A model generated the notes under the pieces. It was not told the DNA's origin, made no database searches, and was given only the letters and a program-made list of their open reading frames with translations. From assembly GCA_017938725.1 (NCBI GenBank), contig JAGBAW010000027.1, positions 696 to 64,695 on the forward strand: 64,000 nt of DNA. Reading direction: 5' to 3'. Source of the DNA: Bacilli bacterium. Lineage in GTDB: Bacteria; Bacillota_I; Bacilli_A; RF39; UBA660. Within the stretch, counting starts at the first letter, position 1; each line of letters starts with the position of its first letter. The position numbers and the translations under genes were made by a program. Below are positions 29,278-39,432 of the stretch, piece after piece.

Positions 29278-30094
29278 ATTATTAAATGCTGGTTTTACAA
29301 GACTTAGAAAAAATAAATTATTTTGGTTACTAACTATATTTAGCATTGGACTTGCTTTATTTATGATTTATACACAATATAGTGATATGAAAAAATATGG
29401 AGAAGTAATAGAGGTATATCAACTTATGCTTAATTATTCTACAATTATAGGAATTGTAATTGCTATATTTACAAGCCTATTTTTAGGAGTAGAATACTCT
29501 GATGGCGCAATAAGGAATAAGATTAGCATAGGTCATAAAAGGACAAATATATATTTATCTAATTTAATTATAACTATTATTACAAGTTTGTTCTCTTATA
29601 TTCTATTTATGATAGTAATTGCTATTGTCGGAATACCTTTATTTGGAACAATTACAATTCCAATATCAACATTACTAAAGTTGATATGGTGTATATTTGT
29701 AACTATAATTGCTTATTGTAGTATATTTACATTCATTGCAATGATGATTTCAAATAAAACAATTACTGCCATAGTTAGTATTATATTGGTTTTTGGTCTA
29801 ATGATGTGTGCTTTAACAAGTTTGAATATTTTATCTGCTCAAGAGTATATTCAAGCAGGTGCATTTGTTGATGGTGAAATGCAATTCAAAAAAGAAAAAA
29901 ATCCAAGATATCCAAGTGAAGAGGAAAGAAAAGTACATCAGACATTACTTGACATTAACCCAGCAGGTCAAGTATTCCAATTAGCAGGAAGATCTGCTCC
30001 AAATCTAAAAGTATTACCACTTTATTCATTAGGAATTATAGTAGTATTTACTGGTGCAGGATTAGTTCTATTTAAGAAAAAAGAATTAAAGTAG
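29270..30094 (+). CDS. ABC-2 type transporter permease
   Basis: Six TM helices; ATG 29270 after RBS ggaggtggg. Overlaps the ATPase gene stop. Confidence 0.8.
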   Translation: MIKLLNAGFTRLRKNKLFWLLTIFSIGLALFMIYTQYSDMKKYGEVIEVYQLMLNYSTIIGIVIAIFTSLFLGVEYSDGAIRNKISIGHKRTNIYLSNLIITIITSLFSYILFMIVIAIVGIPLFGTITIPISTLLKLIWCIFVTIIAYCSIFTFIAMMISNKTITAIVSIILVFGLMMCALTSLNILSAQEYIQAGAFVDGEMQFKKEKNPRYPSEEERKVHQTLLDINPAGQVFQLAGRSAPNLKVLPLYSLGIIVVFTGAGLVLFKKKELK

Positions 30095-30107
30095 AAAGGT
30101 GATAATT

Positions 30108-30989
30108 ATGAGTATCTGGTTTTATTTATTTTTAGTAGTATCATGTATATCAATATTTTTAATTATTAAAATTATGATAATGAAAAATGAAATCAAGAAT
30201 ATTGGTAAAACTTTAACAAGTATTTTAAAATCAGATACAAATAATTTAATTACTATTAGTACAGCAGATAGCGATTTAAAGAAATTAGCAAATATTTTAA
30301 ATAAGAGTTTAAAAGAATTAAGAAAATTAGAATTTGAATATAAAAATGGAAGTGGGGAACTTAAATCTTCAATAACAAATATATCTCATGATTTAAGAAC
30401 ACCTCTTACAGCTATAAGAGGTTATCTTGATTTAATGGATAACAATAATCTTAGCAATAAGCAAATAGATTATTTGAAGATTATTGATAGTAAAGTAAAA
30501 GACTTGACAGACCTTACTGAACAACTTTTTGATTTTTCAAAAGCGCTTGATATACAAAAGGAAATAAAAAAAGAAAATATCTGCCTAAATGATATTTTAG
30601 AAGATTCAATTGCTAGTTTTTATAGCTTATTTAAAAGTTATAACATTACTCCAAATATAGATATATGTAAAGAAAAAGTAGTTAGATTATTAAATGAAAA
30701 TATGCTTAAGAGGATTTTTGAAAATATTATATCTAATGCCGCTAAATATGGTGAAAAAGACTTCAATGTAAAAATGTATAGCAATGGTACAATAGAGTTT
30801 TCAAATAAAACAGATAAGTTAGATCAAGTAAGTTTAGAGAAAATATTTGATAGATATTATACAGTTAGAAATGCTAAAAAATCCAATGGAATAGGCTTAT
30901 CTATTGCTAAGCAATTAGTTGAATTAAGTGGAGGACAAATAAAAGCAAAATATAAAAATAATAATTTAATAATTGAAGTATATTTCTAA
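30108..30989 (+). CDS. Sensor histidine kinase (single N-terminal TM, HisKA + HATPase_c)
   Basis: H-box ISHDLRTPLTAIRGY, N-box NIISNAAKYG and G-boxes. RBS aaaggtga upstream of ATG 30108. Confidence 0.85.
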   Translation: MSIWFYLFLVVSCISIFLIIKIMIMKNEIKNIGKTLTSILKSDTNNLITISTADSDLKKLANILNKSLKELRKLEFEYKNGSGELKSSITNISHDLRTPLTAIRGYLDLMDNNNLSNKQIDYLKIIDSKVKDLTDLTEQLFDFSKALDIQKEIKKENICLNDILEDSIASFYSLFKSYNITPNIDICKEKVVRLLNENMLKRIFENIISNAAKYGEKDFNVKMYSNGTIEFSNKTDKLDQVSLEKIFDRYYTVRNAKKSNGIGLSIAKQLVELSGGQIKAKYKNNNLIIEVYF

Positions 30990-31088
30990 AACATTCAAGA
31001 TTATAAATTACAATTTATAAGGTTGATGTAAAAGACTTTTGACAGACAATCTTTACTATTTATGATAAATTGTTCTTGGAGGTGCAAA

Positions 31089-31664
31089 ATGGAGATTGGT
31101 AATAAAATTAAAAAATATAGAGAACATATTAATATGTCACAAGAACAATTAGCAGATAAAGTTTATGTATCAAGACAAACTGTTTCAAATTGGGAAAATA
31201 ACAAAAGTTATCCTGATATAAATAGTTTAAAATTATTAAGAAATATTTTTGATGTATCTCTAGATGAATTTATAAAAGGAGATATAGAAGAAATGAAAAA
31301 AAGAATAAATGATTATGATTTAAAAGAATATAATACTTTATCTATTATATTTAGTGTAGAATTTCTATTAATGTTAGTGAGTGCCTATCCATTATTAAGA
31401 TTTCTTGAAATATTTGGTATCATAATATGGGTATTAATTGCTATTTTAACTTTATATACGGGAATAAAAATAGAAAAAATATATAAAAGAAATGATTGTC
31501 GTACCTATAAAGAAATAGTAGCATTTACTGAGGGGAAACCTTTATCAACAAAAGAACAAATAGAGGAAAAAGCAAAAAGACCATATCAAAAATTTTTATT
31601 AGGTTTATTTTCCGGCTTAATAGCAATTATCGTATTTATAATGTTAGAATTAATATTTAGATAA
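31089..31664 (+). CDS. XRE-family HTH regulator with C-terminal TM helices
   Basis: MSQEQLADKVYVSRQTVSNWENNKSYPD is an HTH_3 signature; two C-terminal hydrophobic helices. Confidence 0.75.
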   Translation: MEIGNKIKKYREHINMSQEQLADKVYVSRQTVSNWENNKSYPDINSLKLLRNIFDVSLDEFIKGDIEEMKKRINDYDLKEYNTLSIIFSVEFLLMLVSAYPLLRFLEIFGIIIWVLIAILTLYTGIKIEKIYKRNDCRTYKEIVAFTEGKPLSTKEQIEEKAKRPYQKFLLGLFSGLIAIIVFIMLELIFR

Positions 31665-31755
31665 TAAAATAAAAATGTAATTTACAAAACTCTACTTTTG
31701 AGGGGTGTTAAGTATTTAAGTGTTATCTTATAATTTTTTACGAGGAGGAATAAGT

Positions 31756-32058
31756 ATGGATCAAGTTAAAATTGGAAAATTAATTGCAGAATGTCGTAAA
31801 AATAAAAAAATGACACAAGCTGAGCTTGCAGAAAAATTAGGTGTAACTGATAAGTCAGTTTCAAAGTGGGAAAATGGTATTTGTTTACCTGATGCTGGTA
31901 ATATGCCTGATTTATGTAAAATTCTTGATATTACTATAAATGATCTATTTAGTGGTGAAGTTGTGGATATGAAAGATAATGAAAAAAGACTTGAAGAGAA
32001 TTTACTTGAAATGACAAAAATTAAAGAACAAAGGGATAAAGAATTATTGACAATATAA
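31756..32058 (+). CDS. XRE-family HTH regulator (paralogue of 8922-9437), truncated by an in-frame stop relative to a downstream TM + Cys4 zinc-ribbon segment
   Basis: MTQAELAEKLGVTDKSVSKWENGICLPD. RBS gaggagg upstream of ATG 31756. Confidence 0.7.
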   Translation: MDQVKIGKLIAECRKNKKMTQAELAEKLGVTDKSVSKWENGICLPDAGNMPDLCKILDITINDLFSGEVVDMKDNEKRLEENLLEMTKIKEQRDKELLTI

Positions 32059-32324
32059 ATATTTATTGGTGTCATTCCATTTATTATTGGTATTTGTTAT
32101 GCAATAAGAATAGAACAAACAGCAGGTTATTATGAATGTAGTAATTGTCATTATAAATATGTACCAACATACAAAGTAGTATTATTTGCAACACATATTA
32201 ATAGAACAAGAAAAATGAAATGTCCAAAATGTCATAAAAAAACTTGGCATAAAAAAGTATTAAGTAAATAATAAATTACAAGTTTATAAAGTAGATTATG
32301 AAAAATAATTTACTTTTTTCTTTT

Positions 32325-32342
32325 TTGTAACGCAGATGTAAC
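32325..32342 (+). promoter_or_regulatory. TTGTAAC-N5-TGTAAC direct repeat upstream of ABC gene 32389; candidate Bce-type RR box
   Basis: Shares the TGTAAC/TTACAA half-site with sites at 37584 and 39345. Confidence 0.35.
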
Positions 32343-32388
32343 TTTACTCATTATATAATGTTCTTGTAAAAACGAAAGGAATGATTAT

Positions 32389-33060
32389 ATGGAAATTTTA
32401 AAAGTTGAAAATCTAACTAAAATATATGGTAAAGATAGTACCAAAGTAATAGCTTTAGATAATGTATCTTTTTCTGTTGAAAAAGGTGAATTTGTTGCTA
32501 TTGTAGGAGCATCAGGTTCAGGTAAATCAACATTACTTCATTTAATTGGAGGAGTAGATAGACCAACATCAGGGAAAGTTTATATTGATGGAAAAGATAT
32601 ATTTAGTTTAAATGATGATAAACTTGCAATATTTAGAAGAAGACAAGTAGGATTAATATATCAATTTTATAATTTAATTCCTATTTTAAATGTAGAAGAA
32701 AATATAGTATTACCACTTGCCTTAGATAATAGAAAAGTTGATAATAAAACAATGAATAATTTATTAGAATTACTAGGACTTAAAAATAGGAAAACACATC
32801 TTCCTAATGAATTATCAGGAGGTCAACAACAAAGAACAAGTATAGGTAGAGCTTTAATAACGAATCCAACAATTATACTAGCAGATGAACCAACAGGGAA
32901 CCTTGATTCTAAATCTAGTGAAGAGATAGTTGCTCTACTAAAAAAATCAAATAAAGAATTAAAACAAACTATTATTATGATCACTCACAATATGGAAATT
33001 GCTCAAATTGCTGATAGGATAATTAAAATTGAAGATGGAAAAATTGTTAAGGAGGCATAA
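32389..33060 (+). CDS. ABC transporter ATP-binding protein (BceA/MacB-type)
   Basis: Walker A GASGSGKST, signature LSGGQQQR, Walker B LADEPTGNLD. Confidence 0.92.
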   Translation: MEILKVENLTKIYGKDSTKVIALDNVSFSVEKGEFVAIVGASGSGKSTLLHLIGGVDRPTSGKVYIDGKDIFSLNDDKLAIFRRRQVGLIYQFYNLIPILNVEENIVLPLALDNRKVDNKTMNNLLELLGLKNRKTHLPNELSGGQQQRTSIGRALITNPTIILADEPTGNLDSKSSEEIVALLKKSNKELKQTIIMITHNMEIAQIADRIIKIEDGKIVKEA

Positions 33061-33063
33061 AAT

Positions 33064-35640
33064 ATGAATATTCTTAACAAATTATCTATTAAAAATTTAA
33101 AATTAAACAAAAAAAGAACTATAAGCACCATAATTGGTATTATCTTATCGTGTAGCTTAATTTGTGCGGTTGCAACAATGGTATCAAGTTTTAGAGAAAC
33201 ATTGGTACAAAATGCAATAAATGAAACAGGATATTATCACTTAAAAATATCAGGTATTAATGAAGATGAATTAGAAAAATTAGAGTATCATAAAGATATT
33301 AAAGATATTTATACACTATATGAAAATGGATATGCCTTTTTAGAAAATGGAAAAAACGAAGATAAGCCATATTTAAAGTTACATTCAATGAATAAAGATT
33401 TATTTGATTATCTCAATTTTAATTTAATAAAAGGTAATTTTCCAACTAATGATAATGAAATAGTTATTAGTAAACATATTATTACCAATGGAAAAGTTAA
33501 TCTTAAAGTAGGAGACAAAATAACTCTTAATATTGGAGAAAGAAAAACCTTAGATGGATATAGTTTAGATTATACCAATCCTTATAATGAAGAACTAGAA
33601 CAATTAGTAAATACTAAAAATAAAGAATTTACTATTGTTGGAATAATAGAAAGACCTTATTATGATTTTGAAAATAGTGCAGATCCTGGATATACAATAA
33701 TTACAACTAATTTAGATAAAGGAATAAAAAAAGCTTATATTTCATTAAAAAATCCTAAAGACTATAAAAATTCAATTGCAGCTATTCTAGGAGCAACGAG
33801 TTATGACAAAATAATGACTGATCCAAATCAAAAATTAAAATATGAAAATTTTCAAATAAATAATGAACTTTTAAGATGGGAAGCATTTGCATTTGGAGAT
33901 CAAACAGTTTTAATGTTGTTTGCTGTTGCAAGTGTCGTAATCTTTGTAATAATTTTTACAAGCGTCTTTTGTATTAGAAACTCGTTTGCCATTTCAACTA
34001 CCGAAAAAATGAAAATGTATGGTATGCTTTCAAGTGTTGGAGCAACAAAAAAGCAAATCAAGAAAAATGTAATATTTGAGGCATTAATACTTGGTTTAAT
34101 AGGAATACCACTTGGAATTATATGTGGAATACTTGCAGTATTTGCTTTGATTAAGATTGTAAATATGATAGCGGGTGAATACTTATTAGGAAGTGTAGAT
34201 GGTATAGTTGTAAAAATTACTATTTTACCAATAATTTTATCAGTAATATTAAGTATTATAACAATATATTTATCAGCACTATCATCATCAAAAAAAGCTA
34301 GTAAAGTTAATCCTATTGAATTATTAAGAAATTCAGAAGAAATAGAAATAAAATCTAAAAAATTAAAAGTACCTTTCATAATTTCAAAACTATTTAAAAC
34401 AGGTGGAGAATTAGCATATAAAAATTTAAAAAGAAGTAAGAAAAAATATAAAACTACTGTATTATCATTAACTGTAAGTATATTTATATTTATTACAATG
34501 AATGCTTTAGTTACAAATATGTTTAATTTATCTGGAAACTATTATGAAAATTATGATTATAATATTAAACTATCTGTAAGAGGAAACGGTCAGTCAGTTA
34601 TAGAGAAAATACTTAAATTAGATAATATAGATGAATATCATGTATTATATGATAGTCAGGGTGGATTAAAAATTTTTGATTTATCAAAAGTGAAAATAAA
34701 TGAAAGAACGGATGGATTTGAATTACCAGAAGATGCTTATTATGATGAAGAACTAAAGCAATTAGTCTTAACTGGAAAGGGTAAATATATAACTTTAGAA
34801 ATTATTGCTTTAGATAATAACTCATACTTAGAATATCTAAAGAAAATAGGAGTAAATAAGCAAAAACTACAAGGAAAAGGAATTTTATGTGATAATTATC
34901 TTTATTATGAAAATGCAAAACAAATAGAAAAAAGAACCTATGAATATAAACAAGGGGATACTATTAAAGGAGAAATTGAAGGAAAAAATACATCATTTGT
35001 TGTAGGCGCTATTACTGATATTAGACCTTTTGGAATGGAAAAAACATATTATAGAGGTGGCTATTTAATAGTAAACTATGATGATTTTAAAAATATGGAT
35101 TTTGTACCTTCAGTTGTTACACTACAATCTAGTGATCCAGATGTTTTAATTGATGAAATTAAGACTTTAGATACAGACAAAATAGGATATACAAACTTAG
35201 ATGAACAAGCTAAAGAAGAAAGAGCAATGAATTTGGTAATCCAAATATTCTTATATGGATTCATAACAGTTATAACTTTAATAGGTGTAACAAATATCTT
35301 TAATACAATAACATCAAATATGGAATTAAGACAAAAAGAATTTGCTATGCTTAAAAGTATTGGTATGACTAAGAAAGAATTTAATAGAATGATTAACTTA
35401 GAAACAATATTCTATTCAAGTAAATCATTAATATATGGTATTATTCTAGGACTACTTGGAACATTTGCTTTATATAAAGCATTTTCAGTAAAAATAGATA
35501 TGGGGATGTATATACCTATAGTCCCAATAATCATTTCTGGTATTGCAGTATTCATTTTAGTATTTATAATTATGAAATATTCAATGTCAAAGATAGATAA
35601 ACAAAATACTATTGAAACGATTAGAAATGAAAATATCTAG
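33064..35640 (+). CDS. FtsX-family ABC permease with duplicated FtsX modules and large extracellular domains (BceB/MacB-like)
   Basis: 858 aa. Two sets of four TM helices with an FtsX signature, each preceded by long extracytoplasmic segments. Directly follows the ATPase. Confidence 0.88.
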   Translation: MNILNKLSIKNLKLNKKRTISTIIGIILSCSLICAVATMVSSFRETLVQNAINETGYYHLKISGINEDELEKLEYHKDIKDIYTLYENGYAFLENGKNEDKPYLKLHSMNKDLFDYLNFNLIKGNFPTNDNEIVISKHIITNGKVNLKVGDKITLNIGERKTLDGYSLDYTNPYNEELEQLVNTKNKEFTIVGIIERPYYDFENSADPGYTIITTNLDKGIKKAYISLKNPKDYKNSIAAILGATSYDKIMTDPNQKLKYENFQINNELLRWEAFAFGDQTVLMLFAVASVVIFVIIFTSVFCIRNSFAISTTEKMKMYGMLSSVGATKKQIKKNVIFEALILGLIGIPLGIICGILAVFALIKIVNMIAGEYLLGSVDGIVVKITILPIILSVILSIITIYLSALSSSKKASKVNPIELLRNSEEIEIKSKKLKVPFIISKLFKTGGELAYKNLKRSKKKYKTTVLSLTVSIFIFITMNALVTNMFNLSGNYYENYDYNIKLSVRGNGQSVIEKILKLDNIDEYHVLYDSQGGLKIFDLSKVKINERTDGFELPEDAYYDEELKQLVLTGKGKYITLEIIALDNNSYLEYLKKIGVNKQKLQGKGILCDNYLYYENAKQIEKRTYEYKQGDTIKGEIEGKNTSFVVGAITDIRPFGMEKTYYRGGYLIVNYDDFKNMDFVPSVVTLQSSDPDVLIDEIKTLDTDKIGYTNLDEQAKEERAMNLVIQIFLYGFITVITLIGVTNIFNTITSNMELRQKEFAMLKSIGMTKKEFNRMINLETIFYSSKSLIYGIILGLLGTFALYKAFSVKIDMGMYIPIVPIIISGIAVFILVFIIMKYSMSKIDKQNTIETIRNENI

Positions 35641-35703
35641 GTAAAAGGGGGCGAAAGCTCCTTTATCTTATGATATAATAGTAAATAGAAAAGGACTGAT
35701 ATT

Positions 35704-36360
35704 ATGAATATATTATTAGTTGAGGATAATCTTAGTATTATTAATGGATTAAAATATTTTTTTGAAAAGAATAATTATAACTTAATATATAAAACTAATG
35801 TAGGAGATACTTATTCTTACTTGGAAAGTAGACCTGAAATAGATTTAATTATATTAGATGTAACTTTGCCTGATGGTAACGGATTTGAATTATATGAAAA
35901 TTATATAAAAAATTTGAACATACCAACTATATTTTTAACAGCCAGAGATGATGAAGATGATATTGTTAAAGGACTTGATATAGGAGCAGAAGATTATATA
36001 ACAAAGCCATTTTCTACCAAAGAATTATTAACAAGAATTAACAAAGTTTTTATAAGAAATAAGAAACAAGGAATAGTTAAAGCAAAAGATATAAAGTTTG
36101 ATATGAATAAAATGATTGTGTATAAAAATAGCAGTGTTGTTGAATTAACGAGTTTAGAACTGAAGCTTTTGCATTTACTATTTTTAAATATTAATAAGGT
36201 AGTAGATAGAGCAACTATTCTATCTTATATTTGGGATTGGACTGGTAATGATGTTGATGATCATACAGTAACTGTTTATTTTAAAAGAATCAGGGAAAAA
36301 TTACAAACAGATATAATAACAACTGTGAAAGGTATAGGGTATAGAATAGATGCAAAATAA
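35704..36360 (+). CDS. OmpR-family response regulator
   Basis: ILLVEDN...DLIILDVTLPDGNG...receiver, then winged-helix C-terminus. Confidence 0.9.
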   Translation: MNILLVEDNLSIINGLKYFFEKNNYNLIYKTNVGDTYSYLESRPEIDLIILDVTLPDGNGFELYENYIKNLNIPTIFLTARDDEDDIVKGLDIGAEDYITKPFSTKELLTRINKVFIRNKKQGIVKAKDIKFDMNKMIVYKNSSVVELTSLELKLLHLLFLNINKVVDRATILSYIWDWTGNDVDDHTVTVYFKRIREKLQTDIITTVKGIGYRIDAK

Positions 36361-37564
36361 AATTAGGTTAAAGAAATTTTTAATTACAATATTAGTAGTA
36401 TTTATTATTTCATTTGGTTTATTCTTATTTATGAATATATATGAATACCACTCTTATACAAAAATTTACAATAATAAAATAGATTCTATAATTATTAAAG
36501 TTAAAGAAAAATATCCTAATATTTCAGATAAGGAAATTATGGATATATTATATAATAACAATGATGCCAAAGAGTCCTTTTTAGATGATTATGGTATAAA
36601 TATTAATAAATCCTTTTTATCAGATTCAATAGAAACTAAGTATCATTTATATTTAGTATTTAATAGCATTATTTTTACTGGTTCAATTATTATATTAATT
36701 TTCCTATATTTAAGATATGATTATAAAAAAGATAAAGAAATAAAAAGTATTACCAAATACATTGAAGAAATAAATAAAAGAAATTATTCATTACATATTG
36801 ACGAAATATCTGAAGATGAATTATCCATTTTAAAAAATGAAATATATAAAACAACAATAATGCTAAAGGAAAGTGCCGAAAACTCTTTAAAAGATAAAAA
36901 AGAATTAAAAAAATCTTTAGAAGATATTTCTCATCAATTAAGAACACCTTTAACATCTATATTGGTTCTGTTAGATAATTTAATTGATGATCCAGATATG
37001 GATAAAGAAGTTAGAGAAGATTTTATAAGAAATATAAAAAGAGAAGTAACAAATATTAATTTTTTAGTTCAGTCTATTTTGAAATTATCTAAATTTGATG
37101 CTAATACAATTAAATTTATAAACGAAGTAAAATATTTAAAAGATATAGTTAAAGAAGCTAGTAAAAATGTTTCTATTTTATGTGATTTAAAAAACATTAA
37201 AATAAATATTAGTGGTGATGATAAAGCTAATATTAATTGTGATTTTATGTGGCAAGTAGAAGCAATAACAAATATTATAAAAAACTGCGTGGAACATTCT
37301 ATCGAAGATAGTAAAATAGATATTTATTATGAACAGAATAGTCTTTACTCATGTGTTATTGTTAGAGATTATGGAAAGGGAATTGATAAAAAAGAAATCT
37401 CACATATATTTGAAAGATTTTATAAAGGTAAAAACTCATCTTTAGATAGTATAGGAATTGGTCTTGCATTATCAAAAACAATTATAGAAAAAAGTAATGG
37501 AGTAATAGAAGTAGAATCAGATAAAAATGGAACAAAGTTTACAATAAAATATTTTCATTTATAA
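36350..37564 (+). CDS. Sensor histidine kinase
   Basis: Two TM helices; H-box ISHQLRTPLTSI; HATPase_c N/G boxes. Overlaps the RR gene stop. Confidence 0.88.
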   Translation: MQNKIRLKKFLITILVVFIISFGLFLFMNIYEYHSYTKIYNNKIDSIIIKVKEKYPNISDKEIMDILYNNNDAKESFLDDYGININKSFLSDSIETKYHLYLVFNSIIFTGSIIILIFLYLRYDYKKDKEIKSITKYIEEINKRNYSLHIDEISEDELSILKNEIYKTTIMLKESAENSLKDKKELKKSLEDISHQLRTPLTSILVLLDNLIDDPDMDKEVREDFIRNIKREVTNINFLVQSILKLSKFDANTIKFINEVKYLKDIVKEASKNVSILCDLKNIKINISGDDKANINCDFMWQVEAITNIIKNCVEHSIEDSKIDIYYEQNSLYSCVIVRDYGKGIDKKEISHIFERFYKGKNSSLDSIGIGLALSKTIIEKSNGVIEVESDKNGTKFTIKYFHL

Positions 37565-37583
37565 AGTAGATTTGCTTTTCCTA

Positions 37584-37600
37584 TGTTACAAAACTGTAAG
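37584..37600 (+). promoter_or_regulatory. TGTTACAAAACTGTAAG, candidate BceR-like operator upstream of RR gene 37654
   Basis: Near-identical to 39345-39364 (TGTTACAAAATTGTAATGTT). Confidence 0.4.
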
Positions 37601-37653
37601 ATTAAATAAACTTCATTCGTGATATAATATTAATGAAGAAATGTGGTGTAATT

Positions 37654-38328
37654 ATGGTAAAAATAATGATTATTGAAGATGATGAATCAATAAGTAATGA
37701 ATTAAAAGAACTATTACAAAATAGCGGATATGAAGCAATAATATTAAAAGATTTTAATAATTCATTAAATGAAATATTAAAAGTATCTCCAGACTTAATA
37801 TTACTAGATATTAATATACCATTTATAAATGGAGAATTATTACTTCAAAGTTTAAGAAGATCATCTAATATACCTGTTATTATGGTTACAAGCAAAAATA
37901 GTGAAACAGATGAAGCATCATCTATTTCTTATGGAGCAGATGATTATATAACTAAACCTTACAATCCTAATATTCTTCTTTTAAGAATAGGAGCTGTTTT
38001 AAAAAGAATGAATGCAAATTATGGTATTAACTCAAATGAACTTGTTTATAAAGATTTAATATTTGATACGCAAAAAGGAGTAATCAAAAAAGATAACATA
38101 GAAATTGTCTTAACCAAAAACGAAATGATTATCTTTTCATACTTACTATCACATATAAACAAAATTGTAACAAGAGATGAACTTATGACTACTTTATGGG
38201 ATAACACTGAATATGTAAATGATAATGCTTTAACAGTAAATATAAGCAGACTTAGAAATAAATTAAAAGAAATAGGATATGTTGATGCAATAGATACTAG
38301 AAAAGGTCAAGGATACATTTTATCATGA
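37654..38328 (+). CDS. OmpR-family response regulator (BceR-like)
   Basis: Receiver MIIEDDESI...DLILLDINIPF...K and winged helix. ATG 37654 after ggtg RBS. Confidence 0.88.
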   Translation: MVKIMIIEDDESISNELKELLQNSGYEAIILKDFNNSLNEILKVSPDLILLDINIPFINGELLLQSLRRSSNIPVIMVTSKNSETDEASSISYGADDYITKPYNPNILLLRIGAVLKRMNANYGINSNELVYKDLIFDTQKGVIKKDNIEIVLTKNEMIIFSYLLSHINKIVTRDELMTTLWDNTEYVNDNALTVNISRLRNKLKEIGYVDAIDTRKGQGYILS

Positions 38329-39344
38329 AATTTAAAAGTTTTCTAAAAGATAGATTATATTCAATTATTACTATACTATTTTGTTATTTTGTTATTCTTT
38401 TAGTTTTATTTGCTTATAAATCAGATAAAGCTATTATAATAGCAATTACTATTATTTTACTAGTTACATACATCATATTATTTCTTGTTGATTTTTTAAG
38501 AAAACATAAATATTATACTGATTTATTATCTAATATAGATAATCTTGATAAGGCATATCTTGTTTTAGAAACTCTGAGTAAACCAGAGTTTTATGAAGGT
38601 AAATTATTGTACCAAGCACTATATGAAATAAACAAATCTATGTGTGAAAATGTAAGATTAAAGGAAGAACAATTATTAGATTTTAAAGATTACATAGAAA
38701 TGTGGATTCATGAAGTAAAAAGACCACTTGCTAGTTTAGTTTTAACTCTTAATAATCATGAAAATATTTTAGATAGAAAGACAAAAAATATTTTAAAAAG
38801 GTTAGAAGACCAGGTAGATCAAGTTCTTTATTATGTTCGATCAGAAAATGCAGAAAAAGATTATTTTATAAAAGAAATTGATTTATCTAAAGTTATTAAA
38901 AATGTTGGAATAAAGAATATGGATGATTTACTAGATAATAAAGTAGAGTTTATGGCTCCAAAAACTAATTATAAAGTTCTTACTGATTCAAAATGGTTAG
39001 AATTTATTTTAAATCAAATAATAAATAATAGTATAAAATATAAAAGAAATGTAGATAGTTCTTACATTAAGATTTATGTAAAAGATAAGGCTGATACTAC
39101 AACTTTAGTTGTAGAAGATAATGGTATAGGAATAAAACCTAGTGATATAAAACAAGTTTTTGATAAAACTTTTACAGGTACAAATGGAAGAGAAAAAACC
39201 ACATCTACAGGAATGGGATTATATATTGCAAAAAACTTATGTAAAAAACTCGGACATAAAATAGAGATTGAATCAAAAGAAAATGAATATACGAGAGTTT
39301 TTATTACTTTTGCTAAAAATAAATATTATGATGTTTTAAAATAA
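38325..39344 (+). CDS. Intramembrane-sensing histidine kinase (BceS-like; two TM helices with minimal loop)
   Basis: Short N-terminal 2-TM region without a periplasmic domain. H-box IHEVKRPLASL; HATPase_c. Confidence 0.85.
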   Translation: MKFKSFLKDRLYSIITILFCYFVILLVLFAYKSDKAIIIAITIILLVTYIILFLVDFLRKHKYYTDLLSNIDNLDKAYLVLETLSKPEFYEGKLLYQALYEINKSMCENVRLKEEQLLDFKDYIEMWIHEVKRPLASLVLTLNNHENILDRKTKNILKRLEDQVDQVLYYVRSENAEKDYFIKEIDLSKVIKNVGIKNMDDLLDNKVEFMAPKTNYKVLTDSKWLEFILNQIINNSIKYKRNVDSSYIKIYVKDKADTTTLVVEDNGIGIKPSDIKQVFDKTFTGTNGREKTTSTGMGLYIAKNLCKKLGHKIEIESKENEYTRVFITFAKNKYYDVLK

Positions 39345-39364
39345 TGTTACAAAATTGTAATGTT
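39345..39364 (+). promoter_or_regulatory. Perfect inverted repeat TTACAA-aa-TTGTAA within TGTTACAAAATTGTAATGTT, candidate BceR-type operator upstream of the bceA-like gene
   Basis: Located ~70-90 bp upstream of ATG 39433. Same motif upstream of the cognate RR gene. Confidence 0.5.
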
Positions 39365-39432
39365 CCGTAATATTAGGCGAACGACAAAATATTTTTTTTA
39401 ATATATCATTGTTAAGTGAAAGGAGAAAAATT

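Noticed and set aside
33900-34379. 159-aa minus-strand ORF inside the FtsX permease gene (similarly 35076-35264, 36750-36956, 40000-40218, 44740-45009, 56292-56953, 58652-59287)
   Set aside because: All antisense to or overlapping well-supported plus-strand CDSs, without RBS.
35640-35670. Small GC-rich hairpin (aaagggggcgaaagctccttt) after the FtsX permease
   Set aside because: Imperfect stem with no following T-run. At most a weak terminator or attenuator, so not called.
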